From an uncultured Planctomycetota bacterium (GTDB lineage Bacteria > Planctomycetota > Planctomycetia > Gemmatales > Gemmataceae), in the NCBI GenBank assembly GCA_963849325.1, contig CAWKHF010000005.1, forward strand, positions 1-64,000: a stretch of DNA of 64,000 bases, written 5' to 3'. A program made the translations under genes and the position numbers. This document shows positions 1 through 11,456 of the stretch, one piece after another (position 1 is the first letter of the stretch; each line of letters opens with the position of its first letter). Under the pieces are notes generated by a model, which saw only the letters and a program-made list of their open reading frames with translations, was not told where the DNA came from and made no database searches.

Positions 1-486
1 CAGTTCCTCGAAGACGTACCCCATCTCGATGTTGGACACCCGATCCGGGTGCAGGTCGATGTCGGCAAACTTCGACACCACGAGATACAGGCGGTTGTTT
101 TCGTCCAGCCGGGCGATCTCCGGCTCGAAGTTAAACTTCTCGAAGATGTCGCGGACCTGGGAGGAAAAGCCCTTGATGTAGGCTGTCAGGTTGGCCGCGA
201 TCTTGTCGGGTTCGCCTTTGAGCTTCTTGAAGTCAAGCTTGCTGGTGTTGTGGAAGGACGCCTTGGCGACGCGGTTCAGGATCGGCTCGGCGTTGGCGAC
301 CTTACCGCCTTTCAGCTCGGCTGCCCTGGCCAGCACCTTTTCCTTGGTCGGCTCCAGGACACAATCGAGGCGGCGGAGTACCGTCAGCGGCAGGATAACG
401 CGGCCATACTGCGGCGGCTTGTACGGCCCGCGCAGCAAGTCCGCCACGCTCCAGATGAAACTGACTTTATCTCCGAAGTTCGTCAC
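1..486 (-). CDS. hsdM: Type I restriction-modification methyltransferase subunit M, N-terminal part (runs off the window edge)
   Basis: Manual minus-strand translation from GTG at 486: MTNFGDKVSFIWSVADLLRGPYKPPQYGRVILPLTVLRRLDCVLE...KFADIDLHPDRVSNIEMGYVFEEL, a typical HsdM N-terminal domain. Absent from the ORF track because there is no stop in the window. Confidence 0.93.
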   Translation of the reverse strand, partial: MTNFGDKVSFIWSVADLLRGPYKPPQYGRVILPLTVLRRLDCVLEPTKEKVLARAAELKGGKVANAEPILNRVAKASFHNTSKLDFKKLKGEPDKIAANLTAYIKGFSSQVRDIFEKFNFEPEIARLDENNRLYLVVSKFADIDLHPDRVSNIEMGYVFEEL

Positions 487-499
487 GGTGCTGACCTCT

Positions 500-3141
500 C
501 TAACCGATGTTTCTCCTGGCCGGTTCATTCTTCGACCTCAATCGTGGCTTCCGTCTCCACTTCGGCTTCACCTGGGCCTGAAGTTCCAGAACCGCCACTC
601 GGAGTGGCTCATAGATCGAAATCTCCTGGCCGAGAATCTCGAAGCTGACCACGAGTGAGTAACGTGCAGCTGCCTCGGGGTCGCGGCTCCAGCCGCGATG
701 CCCCCGCACCGCGATGCAAAGGTCCTGGGGCAAGGCGTTGGACTTGACCAGCGCCCAATCTTTCTGGACAGTACCCACACTGCGGCGGATGTCGGGAATC
801 CGGCCCCATTGCCCGCGCGCCTCAATTACCCAACCGAAACTGGTGCCTTCCTGGATGGTGTCTTCGTCTCCCTTGAGGGCGCGTGTCAGGAAAGCGTCGA
901 GCGATTCACCCTTGCGGTTGCTCAGCCAGTCGAGCCAAACCGACAGATACCCGCGCGGCGTGCGCCGCGTCCGCCTGGGCTCGGCTGCGTAGGAAAGAGT
1001 CACCTCGACCAGAATGTCGTAATCCTCGGCTGGCCCGCGAAGCTGGGCGGGGATCGGCACCTGATAAACGTGGCAATCGCCGCGCCGATTTCACGGTCGC
1101 GGTGCGTGATGAACGTTGTGCGGTGATCGGTGTTCGTGGTGGCCCGGTCCATGTCAGGGATGCCGTAGCCAATGCGTCTCAGCAGCGCTGCTTGCTGTTC
1201 CGGGTTCAGCGCGCTGGCCCAATTCGGCCAACGGGCGGACTGCACGATCAAGCCGCGATAGAGCAGGCAGGGTTCGTCCGGCAGCAGGGCCTGTAGCCGC
1301 GCGGCTATCCGGGTAACCTTCGGTGCCGCATAGGATGTGCCCACATCGTCTCTGTCGAAAGCAGGCCCGCCGTGCCGGGTGGAGCGAACCAACTCGGGGT
1401 AACAAGTGCGAGCGCCATCAGGCGTGCCGACAGTGAGTGGGTTGCCGGCGGTGCGCAGGTAATCTCCGCCGTATTCGGCGACTTCGGGTTTGATGGAATC
1501 CCAGATTCCAAGACCCGTGCGGCTGAAAGCCGATGGGTCTCCGGGCCGGGTGGTCAGGCTGCGCCAGCCCGCATCTTCAAACGGACCGTAAGCGACGGAA
1601 CCGACCGTCAGCGCCTGAAAGCTCTGCGCCGGATTGGCCACGCGGCAGGCCACTTCGCCGAAGTAGTCGGGATAGGCACGACCCGTGCCGATAAACTCGG
1701 CAATGCCCGGTTTCGGTGCGGGTCGCGAGGATTTCAGGTTGCCAGCACTTTGAATGACCAGGATGTCGTATTCGCTGCTGAGCCGGTCGATTTCGGCGGC
1801 CCAGGCAGACATATGCCGCGTGCGGCATGGGGAGTCGGCATTGATCGAATGGTTGAAGATGCGGGTGTGACGGTTGCCTTCATGGTAGCGTTTCACGACT
1901 TCGCGTAAGGCAACCGGGGGAAACAGCTCCGTGGGCAGATTACAGTCGGCGTCAAGAATGCGTGCATTTTGCACCCAGGCTTCGAGCGGAACCTGTCCTG
2001 CGGTCGGAATCGTTTCGCCGTGAAGCACGGCACCTGCGACGCGGGTTCCGTGTCCGCCGGGTCTGACGTAATCAGCAATGTCGGTCGCCGCCGTGTTCGG
2101 CAGGAAACAGTGCGAGTTGTCCTTGTCGATTCCAGGTTCGAGCAAGAAATGCTCTTCCTGGATGCCGCTGTCGATCACGCAGACCGCAGGGGCGTTGGCG
2201 GATGGAGCCTGGATGTCCAGTCTGGCCCGGACTTCTCGCAGTTCTCTGGCAATCTGCTGCGGAAGCTCAATATCGTCCGGCTCGGCAACCTCGAAGATGT
2301 ACGGGTAATTGAGTACCAGGTCTTTCAGCCCTCTGCCCGGCAATTGCAGCCGCAACGTGAAGCTATCCGGCAAGGTAGGCGCATCGACAGGCGAATCATC
2401 GACGTTGAGCAGAATCTCGCCCTGGTAATGGGCGATGATCTCGCGGACGGCATCGAGGCGCTCCTCCTTGAGGGTATCCCATTGGTCGTAGGCGTCGTTG
2501 CGGGCCTCTGACCAGTCCCGTTCCTTGCGTGCCCATTTCTCGTCGGTCAGTCTGCCACGCTTGGGTTTTTTGGGAATCTGCCAGGTCCCGGCGCAGCTAA
2601 TGCTAACGTCGCAAATGTAAAGCTGGTCATCGGCCAGCGTGGGCCATTCGTTGAACAGGACATCGGTGAGGATGCGGCGAAGACGCTCTTCCTGCGTGGG
2701 GTCCTCGCGCAGCTCGTGAATCTTGGCGATGTTCGCCGATCCAGTGATGGCGGCCACGAAATCGTTGAGCTTTTGCTGAAAGCTGGCCAGAGAGATGTCT
2801 TCCGAGGCCACGATAACGAAACCGTCTTCCTGCTCCGAGACGATCTCGAACTGGAAGAAGTGGCGCAACTCGTCGAGGTCAAGCGACGGATCGATCTTGA
2901 GCAACAGGGGGATGCCGGCTTCGATGGTCGGCAAGCCTTCGGCCAGCCGCTGTGCCTTGCGGCTCTGCCAGCTCGCGACGATCATGCCTGCGCGGGTTCT
3001 CAGGATCAGGCTGTGCCCGGCACGGTTGCCTTTGTTGCTTACCGTGGCCGGATCAGGGGCCTGCGGCGCTGGCGAAAAGCGCGCCGGTCCCCGGTCACGG
3101 AGGATGAGCGGGAGATACTCAAATTGGTGCGGAGCCGGCAT
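500..3141 (-). CDS. ietS: S8 (subtilisin-like) serine peptidase, IetS-like; split by apparent frameshifts near 1070 and possibly near 570
   Basis: Catalytic triad VIDSG, GHGT, GTSYAAP in ORF 1000..3141. The C-terminus continues in ORF 500..1060 (VEVTLSY...GTVQKDW...RYSLVVS). An alternative acidic end EAEVETEATIEVEE stops at 525. Confidence 0.88.
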
Positions 3142-3144
3142 GGG

Positions 3145-4150
3145 TTACTCGCCATGTTCCTTGCCATCACCTCGCTTGAGTTCAGCGATAGCGTTCTTCA
3201 GGTGCGATTCCGTGACGATCTTCTGACCGCTAAGCACGGCGGCTTTGGCTGCATCCTGGGCTGCCTTGACCACCATTGCGGCGGATGCGCCCGTCAGTTT
3301 CTCTATGACACATTTCCAGGAAATCCGTTCGGACAGCTGGACCGACGAAAGCGTCATTTTCAGGAGTTTCTCCACTTCTTCCGGACCCGGAGGCGGCACC
3401 TGGAATACGTCATGGAAGCGCCGGAACAGCGCCTCATCCAGGGATGACTCGACGTTGGTTGTGGCAACCAGCAGGCCGGGGGCATCGTACTCTTCCATCA
3501 GCTGCAAGAGAGAATTCACGATACGTGATGCTTCGCCGATGTCCTTCGAGTGGACACGCGAGCGGGCAATGAAGTCGCATTCGTCGAGCAACAGGACGCA
3601 TGGCCGTTCCTTGGCGGCGGCGAACACAGCCCGCAGATTGGCGGCTGACTCGCCGAAATACGATGAGATCAGCGCATCGAATCGGACCTTCAGTAAAGGC
3701 AACCCCGTGTTCCAGGCCAGGCGCTTGGCTCCGAGCGATTTTCCACAACCTGGCGGACCGTAAAGCAGGATCGTCTTGCGTGGGAGAAGGCCGTAGGCCC
3801 CCAACCGTTCTCGGGCTGCGAATTCCCGCTCGATGCGGGCAAACCGCTCCTCCGTGGCGGTGGGCAGAATCATGTGGTGTTCCAGGGCTTCCCTGGGGAT
3901 GATCGTCGCAAGCAACTCGCCATGCCGGCGACTCAGGGGCAGTTCTTTGAGGCTCCGCTCGCTGTCGGTCGTCGGTGCAAGGCCGTTCTTCACAAGCCGG
4001 GGCCGATTCAGAATCGCTTCCAGTTGATCAGCAAGCCTGGCGTGGCCGCTTTGCCGCTCCGAGTCAACGACTTTGCGCAAGGCGATCCAGGTCGCCTTGG
4101 GAACCGTCGGCGATAGCACGCACGATGCGCTTGAGAATGTCCGCGTTCAT
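3145..4150 (-). CDS. ietA: AAA+ ATPase, IetA-like; likely true start MNADILKRIVRAIADG at 4150 with a frameshift near 4075
   Basis: Walker A GPPGCGKS, Walker B LLLDECD, ATTN sensor and LFRRF arginine finger; directly upstream of the S8 peptidase. Confidence 0.88.
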
Positions 4151-4186
4151 GGGAAACCCGCCTGCATCATGGTTTCGTCGGTTGGT

Positions 4187-4453
4187 TCATCGTGTCGCTC
4201 CGGCAAGTTGCCCTGATTCCGTTCTGGTTGCAGCCTTCGGAGGTCGTACAAGGATGTAGTGCCAACCGTTGCCATGTTTTTCCGCCCGGATGTCGTGCCC
4301 CCTTTCCCGCAGGGCGGTCACGCAGCGGGAAATAGTCGGGATAGAAACGCCGACTTCCTCGGCCAGTTTCGGCGTGGAATACCTGCCTGTACGGATGAGC
4401 CTGAGAACATGATCCAACCGCTTTTCAATCCCAAAGGAACGTTCGTACAGCAT
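4187..4453 (-). CDS. Small helix-turn-helix regulator (HTH_11-like) heading the defence operon
   Basis: YSTPKLAEEVGVSIPTISRCVTALRERG; RBS GGAGG upstream. Confidence 0.8.
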   Translation of the reverse strand: MLYERSFGIEKRLDHVLRLIRTGRYSTPKLAEEVGVSIPTISRCVTALRERGHDIRAEKHGNGWHYILVRPPKAATRTESGQLAGATR

Positions 4454-4616
4454 TTCGTGGCCTCCTTCAAGGTTAGCTTTTATCTATCCGTTTCTGATAG
4501 ACTTGTCAAGGTCGGTAGTGCTTTTCCACAAGGATTTTACGGCCGCTTGGTCGGCTGCATTCCTTGCTTTTGCTCAAACCGGAATACAGGCGGTATGAAT
4601 GAAATGTCCATCCGGA

Positions 4617-4783
4617 ACAGGCTGCTGCGGGGAAGTACGTTGAGCCTTCTCCTCGCGGCCTGCGCCTTGCAATCGGCTGTCCCTGCGGTATTTCCCGGAA
4701 CAGAGCAACAGAAATGAGGGAACGAGGGAGAGGGGTTTGGGGAGAGGGAACGTTGGGACTATGGTTCCCTCTCCCCAAGGTGA
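4617..4783. repeat. Structured ~165-bp repeat X, copy 1
   Basis: Aligns with 12547..12712. Identical core ATTTCCCGGAACAGAGCAACAGAAATGAGGGAA; hairpins CAGGCTGC..GCGGCCTG and GGAGAGGGAAC..GTTCCCTCTCC. Confidence 0.9.
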
Positions 4784-4981
4784 AAGGATGGATTACCGAT
4801 ACCGCGCACGTATTCACGCATTGTGCTCGATAGGCCAGTCAACGCCCCTCAAGAGCGGCCCGCAAGGGGGCCAGTTCTCCCGACACCGGTAGCCAGGACT
4901 TCACCGATGTCTTGTAGATCGGACGCCGCACCTGCAAGGCGCTAGCCGTGCTTACGACACGTTTAGTGCGATAGAATTGCA

Positions 4982-5039
4982 ACCAGCAGCCGGGCATTCG
5001 GGTACAGCTGCATGAATTCGCGGGCGAATTGCTCCAGCA
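4982..5039 (-). pseudogene. Isolated 58-bp fragment of the DarB-like helicase gene
   Basis: Matches 17404..17461 at 56/58 positions (LLEQFAREFMQLYPNARLL); both mismatches are synonymous. Confidence 0.85.
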
Positions 5040-5400
5040 AACCGCCAGGGTCAGCATAGGTGATCGCCGGGTTCCTGGCAATCATGAATGGCCCGGACGA
5101 TTATCGGCGAGGAGGGCGGGAATCAACACGCCGAGGCAAGCGCCGATCGCCTCCGCAGCTGCTCTATTTCCACTACCGCGTTCGCGGTTGCCGAGGCCGA
5201 CGCGGTGGAGTAAGTTGCCATGAAGTCGGGGAGACGGGAAAGACAATGACGCCGATGACGGAACCGAACGGAGTTGGTTGGCATGGACCTGAAAGACGAT
5301 ATTCGCATAGCTCTGGAGGGCCAGTTGTCAAACGCACCATTGCCTTCGGTGATGGGCAAGCGTCTCCGCCGGAAAGTCAGACGTGCCTCCAATCACAGTT

Positions 5401-5568
5401 TCACAGTTGTATGTGACCCAACAGGAATAGAACAAGAAGGATGACCAGGATTAACCCGACCAGGCCCCCGCCCCCCGCGAGGATGTTGTTACCACTGCGG
5501 TAGCCGTAACCGCCACCGAGCACGACCAGAATCAAGATCACGACGAGAATCAGTACGATAGGACTCAT
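5401..5568 (-). CDS. Small two-helix membrane protein (DUF3309-like)
   Basis: Manual translation MSPIVLILVVILILVVLGGGYGYRSGNNILAGGGGLVGLILVILLVLFLLGHIQL; RBS AGGAG upstream. Confidence 0.8.
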   Translation of the reverse strand: MSPIVLILVVILILVVLGGGYGYRSGNNILAGGGGLVGLILVILLVLFLLGHIQL

Positions 5569-5673
5569 TGTTCACTCCTGAAAGAATACAGCCAAACACC
5601 CGCCAGCCGAGTAAACCCAGCAGGAAGGTGTTCGGCGGCGATGATGGGCGACTCGAAGGAAGGCGCTCCCGGC

Positions 5674-7291
5674 TTACCCACGAACGGGTCGCCGTAGGGC
5701 AGAGGCATGGTCGCCTTCCGCCCCACCTTCTTGGGTTGGTTGTCGTACAACCGTCTTGAACAGTTCGAGCAGCGTCTCAAGGTCCACCGGCTTGACGTAG
5801 TAGTGGTCGAACCCCGTTTGCTGCTGACGCTGGCGGTCTGCCTCACTTGGGGTGTAGCCCGTCAACGCACACACCATCACGTTCTTGAATTCCGGCTTCT
5901 CCCGCAAACGCTGTGCGACCTGATAGCCGTCCATGCCCGGCAAGCCGATGTCCAACAGCACCACGTCAGGCCGACAAGCCGACGCCATCTCCAGGGCGGT
6001 CGGGCCGGTGCGAGCCACTTGAACCTCGTGTCCATACAGCCGTAGCAAGAGGTTCAGGCTGTCGGCGGAATCGACGTTATCTTCCACCACGAGGATGCGC
6101 AGCGGGCGTCCGGCAGGCTTGCCCGGCTCCAGCACGGTCTTCGCTTCGTGCCCTGACGTGTCGGCCACCAGCGGCAGCTTGACCGTGAACTCGCTGCCCT
6201 TGCCCAGACCGCCGCTCTGCGCTTGCACCCTTCCTTCTTGCATCTCCACCAACTTCCGCACCAAGGCCAGCCCGATCCCCAGACCCCCGTGGGACCGGCT
6301 GAGTGTGCCTTCCACCTGGGTGAACAGGTCGAAAATCGCGAGGCAGCATCTCCGGGGCGATGCCGACGCCGTTATCCCGCACCCGGATCACCGCTTCGGA
6401 CCCTTCTTGCTGGACGCTCATCCGAATGAGTCCACCCGCATCGGTGTACTTCGCCGCATTGTTGAGCAGGTTGACGACGATCTGCTCCAGCCGGGCCGGG
6501 TCCGCTTCCACCCAGACCGGCCCGGTCGGGAGCGACACGGAGAAGTCGTGCTTGCGGGCGTCCATGAGCGGGCGGGCGGACTCGGCGGCACGGTTGGCGA
6601 CGACACGCAGTTCCACCTTTTCCTTGGTAAGCCGCAGCTTGCCCTTGGTCATGCGGCTGATGTCCAGCAGGTCGTCCACGAGGCGCACCATCTGCACCAC
6701 CTGGCGGTTGATGATGTTCCCGGCCTGCTCGATGATCGGGTCGCTGGTCCTCATCTGCCGCAGGATGCTCAGGGCATTGAGAATTGGCGAGAGCGGGTTG
6801 CGCAGTTCGTGGGACAGCAAGGCCATGAATTCTTCTTGGCTCCGGTTGGCTTCGGCCAGGTCGTCGGCCCGCTTCTTTTGGGCGTCCTGCGCCTGACTGT
6901 CGGTGAGGTCGTGCATCACCCTGGCGAAGGACCGGACCTGTTTATGCTCGTCCCGCAGAGGTGTGACGGTGGCCCGGCACCAAAACCGGCTGCCGTCCTT
7001 CCGAACTTGCCAGCGCACACTGTCGGCCCGGCCTTCGGCCAACGCCGTCTTGAGTTCATGCTCCGGCTGGCCGTTGCGAATGTCTTCCGGCGAAAAGAAG
7101 CGGGAGAAATGGTGTCCGATGATTTCGCTCGACTGGTAGCCGAACAGCCGTTCCGCTCCGGGGTTCCAGCAAATCAGACGCCCTTCTTGTCCGAGCAAGA
7201 AGATGGCGTACTCCTTCGCATCTGCCGCCAGCAGGTCGAAGCGCTCTGATAATTGTTGCGGTGAGAGGTCGTTCAGAAAATCATCATTCAT
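5674..7291 (-). CDS. Hybrid sensor histidine kinase/response regulator (PAS-HisKA-HATPase-REC), frameshift near 6340
   Basis: PAS (WNPGAERLFGY), H-box LSHELRNPL, N-box NLLNNAAKY, G-boxes DNGVGI and GGLGIGL, REC (VVEDN, LLDIGLP, VKP). Confidence 0.9.
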
Positions 7292-7325
7292 GATCGCTCC
7301 CTCCGTGCAGCAGCGAACCCACGGC

Positions 7326-8326
7326 TCACTTGTCTACCTTCTTGGCGGCTGACATATCCCATAACTTGATCGTGATGTCCTTGCTCCCCGAGGCCAGCGT
7401 CTTGCCGTTCGGGCTGAAAGCCACGGAGAACAAAAAGTCGGTGTGTCCCTTGAGGGCGGCTTGTTCCTTGCCCGTCGCCACGTCCCATAGCTTGATCGTC
7501 TTGTCCCAACTCCCCGAGGCCAGCGTCTTGCCATCCGGACTGTACGCCACGGAGCTAACACAGCCGGTATGGCCCTTGAGGGTGGCTTGTTCCTTGCCCG
7601 TCGTCACATCCCACAGCTTGATCGTCTGGTCCATGCTCCCCGAGGCCAGCGTCTTGCCGTCCGGACTGAACGCCACGCACAACACCATGCCCGTGTGTCC
7701 CGTGAGGGTGGCTTGTTCCTTGCCCGTCGCCACGTCCCATAGCTTGATCCGTCTGGTCCTGGCTCCCCGAGGCCAGGGTCTTGCCGTCCGGACTGTACGC
7801 CACGGAGGTTATACCGTCTATGTGTCCCTTGAGGGTGGCCTGTTCCTTGCCCGTCGCCACGTCCCACAGCTTGATCGTCTGGTCTCCGCTCCCCGAGGCC
7901 AGCGTCTTGCCGTCCGGACTGAAAGCCACGGAGGACACATAGTCCGTGTGTCCCTTGAGGGTGGCTTGTTCCTTGCCCGTCGTCACGTCCCACAGCTTGA
8001 TCGTCTGGTCCAGGCTCCCCGAGGCCAGCGTCTTGCCGTCCGGACTGAAAGCCACGGACATACACCCACCCCATGTGTCCCTGGAGAGTGGCCTGTTCCT
8101 TGGCCGTCGCCACGTCCCACAGCTTGATCGTGGTGTCCTCGCTTCCCGAGGCCAGCGTCTTGCCGTCCGGGCTGAAAGCCACGGAGAACACCGCTGCCGT
8201 GTGTCCCTTGAGGGTGTCCCGCAGCTTGGGTTCCTGTGCGGTTAGCGGCCCCACCGGAAGCAGCCCCAGGCAGACCACACCTACCCACACCGCCGCCCAC
8301 TGCCTTCGTCCGCAATTCATCTTCAT
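7326..8326 (-). CDS. Secreted seven-bladed WD40 repeat protein (two apparent frameshifts near 8070 and 7750)
   Basis: Signal-peptide-like N-terminus followed by seven 42-aa repeats LKGH..VxSVAFSPDGKTLASGSxDxTIKLWD with a 126-bp DNA period. Confidence 0.9.
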
Positions 8327-8413
8327 CGCTCTCCTTCCATTTTTTTGGTTCATGGTTCCTCGCAAGGACGGCGTTTGTATCAAGCTCAGTAACCAACAAG
8401 ATGCTCGTGTCTG

Positions 8414-8845
8414 CTATCGCCATTCTCCATTCGTGGTATTCTCGTCGTGCCTATCCAGCGCCGCTTGCGCCTCCCTTGCCTTGCGGTACTCGGCGTCGGC
8501 ACCAGGCAACGGCCCGTCGTCCTCCAGGGCGGCGGCGGCGAGTTGCAATACTAGCTGGCGGCGTGCGGCCTTCAACGCCTGGTTGGAGCCTCCGACAGCT
8601 TCGGTCCGGCGCAACCGCTCGTCCAGGGCGTTGATCTTCGCCCCATTCTCGCCATCATCAATGCCCGCCGCATACATACGCTCGCCCAAAGCGGCCTGGG
8701 CCTCCACGAAGGCACCGCTCAACCGACGCTTGCGCCACAGGTCCATTCCGTGCTTTGCAAGCTGGAGAGGCTTGCTCAGAGTCGCAATTGCAGTCTGCAC
8801 AACTATCTCCGAAACGAAAAAGCCGACCGGGTGGGGCACCTGCAA
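8414..8845 (-). CDS. Hypothetical helical protein; start uncertain
   Basis: ORF with coding-like composition in the same orientation as its neighbours; no family recognised. Confidence 0.5.
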   Translation of the reverse strand: MQVPHPVGFFVSEIVVQTAIATLSKPLQLAKHGMDLWRKRRLSGAFVEAQAALGERMYAAGIDDGENGAKINALDERLRRTEAVGGSNQALKAARRQLVLQLAAAALEDDGPLPGADAEYRKAREAQAALDRHDENTTNGEWR

Positions 8846-8994
8846 CGGCGCTCCACCCGGTCGGCTTACTCTTCAACCAGCCCCCGCCAGATGGCGGTTG
8901 CCGTTCATTTAGTCTTCCGACTTCACTTCGTAACTCATCAGTATACGGTTTTCGCCCCGGAACGCAAGGGCCTTGTTGAGAATCCCTTGCTGTT

Positions 8995-10936
8995 GGGTGT
9001 GGTACATGGTTTGCTAGGCAGCTGGCTGGTGTGGTAGACTGCCGCGACAAGTTAGTCAAGACTTTCGCCGCAACCTCAAGGGGGAGCCAGGGATGGCACG
9101 CAAGAAAAAACGGAGTCCAGAGGTAGAAGAAGTCCGTAGCTACGTGGAAGGCGTCGCGAAAAACCTCGCGGACCGCCTCTGGGGCCCGAAGGGGCCACGC
9201 TGGGGCACCAAGCTCAGCGCGTTGGAGGATTTGGTTGTCGAACTTCGGGAAGTGCTGTCCGAGAAGATGCTGGAATTGGGCTTGGAACGTCAAGCGGCCG
9301 TCGTGGCGGAAGAACGACCCTGGCCCTTCCAGGGATGCCCCGGGTGCGGCCGACCCTTTCCCGAGGAAACGCCCGAGCCCCGGGTGGTGCACACACGGGG
9401 CGGGGAGGCCGAATGGCTCGAACCGAAACACTACTGCCGCAAATGTCGGCAGGCTTTTTTTCCCTCAGTCCCGGAGTTTGGGCGTTGACCGCTCGCAGTA
9501 CAGCAATGCCATCTTGGCCAAGATTACCCACGCCGGCAGCAACAACACCTCGTATCAACAAGCCGAAAGCGATCTCGAATGCCTGGCGGAACTCACGGTT
9601 TCGGATAAACAGGTGCGCCGCTTATGCAAACGCATCGGCGACGAACGGGTGCAGGAGCGTGATGCTGCCGTCGTCGCCTACCAGGCGTTGCCGCTGGTCG
9701 AGCGGAAGTCGGCGCCCACCGCAGTAGTGCCACCCGCGGTGGCGGTCGTCAGCGTCGATGGCGGCCGCATCCAAATCTTCGAGCGGGAGCCAGACACGGC
9801 CGCGCCGCCACCGCCGACGGCCGAAGTCGTTCCCCAACCCGATCTCGTTCTGGCAGTGGCCGAGGTCTCCGACGCGGACGGGACGACGCTAGCGCCAGGC
9901 GCCGGTGCGGACGGCAGCGGAAGCGGTGGCAGCGCCCGCCGCTGCTGCCGCCATCGCCGCCCCGGCGCCAGTCGGGGCGGTGGACATGGAAGAGGAAGAC
10001 GAGGAACGCCGGGGGAAATTCTGGCGGGAAGACAAGATCGGCCTGCTGCTGACTATGCAGAGTGAGGAGGCCACGAGCGATCCCTGCCCGATCGTTCCCG
10101 CCGCCTTTCTGCACCCGGGACGCATGGCCAAACTGGTGCGTGAGTTGAAGAAGCGGGCGCCGCCGCAAGAGGAAGCGGCCAAAACGACCGACGATCCCGG
10201 CGCCGGCAGCGAAGCGTTGCGGGACGACGCGGCGAAGTGGCAACCTCCGGAAGTGGCGGCCAAACAGGTGGTGGCCAGCCGACGTTCGTGGGCGGACTTT
10301 GGGCCCATGGTGGCGGCGGTGGCGTGGGCGCAGGGATTCTTCGCCGCGGCCCGCAAGGGCTTCGTGGCCGACGGCGCCGAGAACAACTGGACCTTGCACC
10401 GGCAGTTGTTTTCCTCGTTCGTGCCGATCTTGGATTTCATCCACGGCTTGTCGTACGTGTTCGCGGCAGCGCTCGCGGGTCGCGGGTTCAAGGAAGGATG
10501 GGCCGTGTATGAGCGGTGGATCCAATGGGTATGGTCCGGCGCGGTGGAGAAAGTGCTCGACGAGTTGTCGGCGCGTCAAACCGAGTTGGGGGTCCCGGCA
10601 ACGACGGAGCCGGCGGGAAGCCCGCGAGCAGTGGTGGCTCGGGCCTTAACGTACTTGACCAACAACAAGGAACGGATGCGTTACGCGGACTACCGCCAGC
10701 AAGGCCTGCCGATCACATCGAGCTACGTCGAAAGTGCCGTGAAGCAGATCAACCGTCGGGTGAAAGGAACGGAAAAATTCTGGAATGAAGTCGGCGCCGA
10801 AGAACTCTTGCAACTCCGCGCGGACTACCTGAGCGACGGCGATATCATGGAAAAGTACTGGCAACACCGGGAAGCCAACGAGACTGGGCAAAATCGCTAC
10901 CGCCGTCCGAATTAGATCAAAGCATGTACCGCACCC
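8995..10936 (+). mobile_element. ISKra4-family insertion sequence
   Basis: Terminal inverted repeats GGGTGTGGTACATGGTTTG / CAAAGCATGTACCGCACCC; 9-bp target duplication CTTGCTGTT at 8986-8994 and 10937-10945. Confidence 0.9.
9093..10915 (+). CDS. ISKra4-family transposase in three frames (zinc-finger orfA, slippery GCTTTTTTTCCC near 9455, further shift near 9900)
   Basis: CPGC..CRKCRQAFFP, VSVDGG, FVADGA..NW, ILDFIH, GLPITSSYVESAVKQINRRVKG motifs. Confidence 0.85.
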
Positions 10937-11078
10937 CTTGCTGTTTAGCGGAACAAAACGACAGCCTCTTGGTGGGGTGGTGCGCCTGGAATCGAGCAAA
11001 GCAGGCAAGAAGACCGTGAAAGGGGTGCCGGGGCGGTCATCCATGAGGCCAGGGCCTTCTTCACGCCGCAGAGCGGGG

Positions 11079-11456
11079 CTATGTCTTCTTCGCTTGGCGG
11101 CAAGAGGGTGGCTCGGCCAGGGTCAAGACAACGAACGCTTCGCCGGTCACGGTGCTGATGTCGTGGTGCAGGCTCACCACCTTGACGCCGGTGATGTCCT
11201 GAACCAGCGCTTGCAGGAGCGGCTTCGCCGTTTCGATCAGATGGGTCCGTACTTGCTTGAGCAAATCCCTCCCCTTCTCGGAGGGGAATTTGGCAAGCTG
11301 CTGTTCGGCGGGTGTCAACAAACCCTGGAGCCGGACGACGACGAAATCGCCGAGCAGGTAGGCGTGGATGTCCTTGGGGCCACGGCCTCGGTATTCCTGC
11401 TCAAAGCGACTGATGCCCTCGCAGATGGCGGCCTCGATTTCTCCTTGGGTTTTCAT
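11079..11456 (-). CDS. DUF2294 / MpsC-like protein
   Basis: MKTQGEIEAAI..GRGPKDI..GLLTPAEQQL..SLHHDISTVTGE, typical of the family. Confidence 0.85.
   Translation of the reverse strand: MKTQGEIEAAICEGISRFEQEYRGRGPKDIHAYLLGDFVVVRLQGLLTPAEQQLAKFPSEKGRDLLKQVRTHLIETAKPLLQALVQDITGVKVVSLHHDISTVTGEAFVVLTLAEPPSCRQAKKT

Noticed and set aside
7330-8220. 126-bp tandem repeat as a CRISPR array or DGR target
   Set aside because: It is coding WD40 sequence; no cas or reverse transcriptase gene is in the window.
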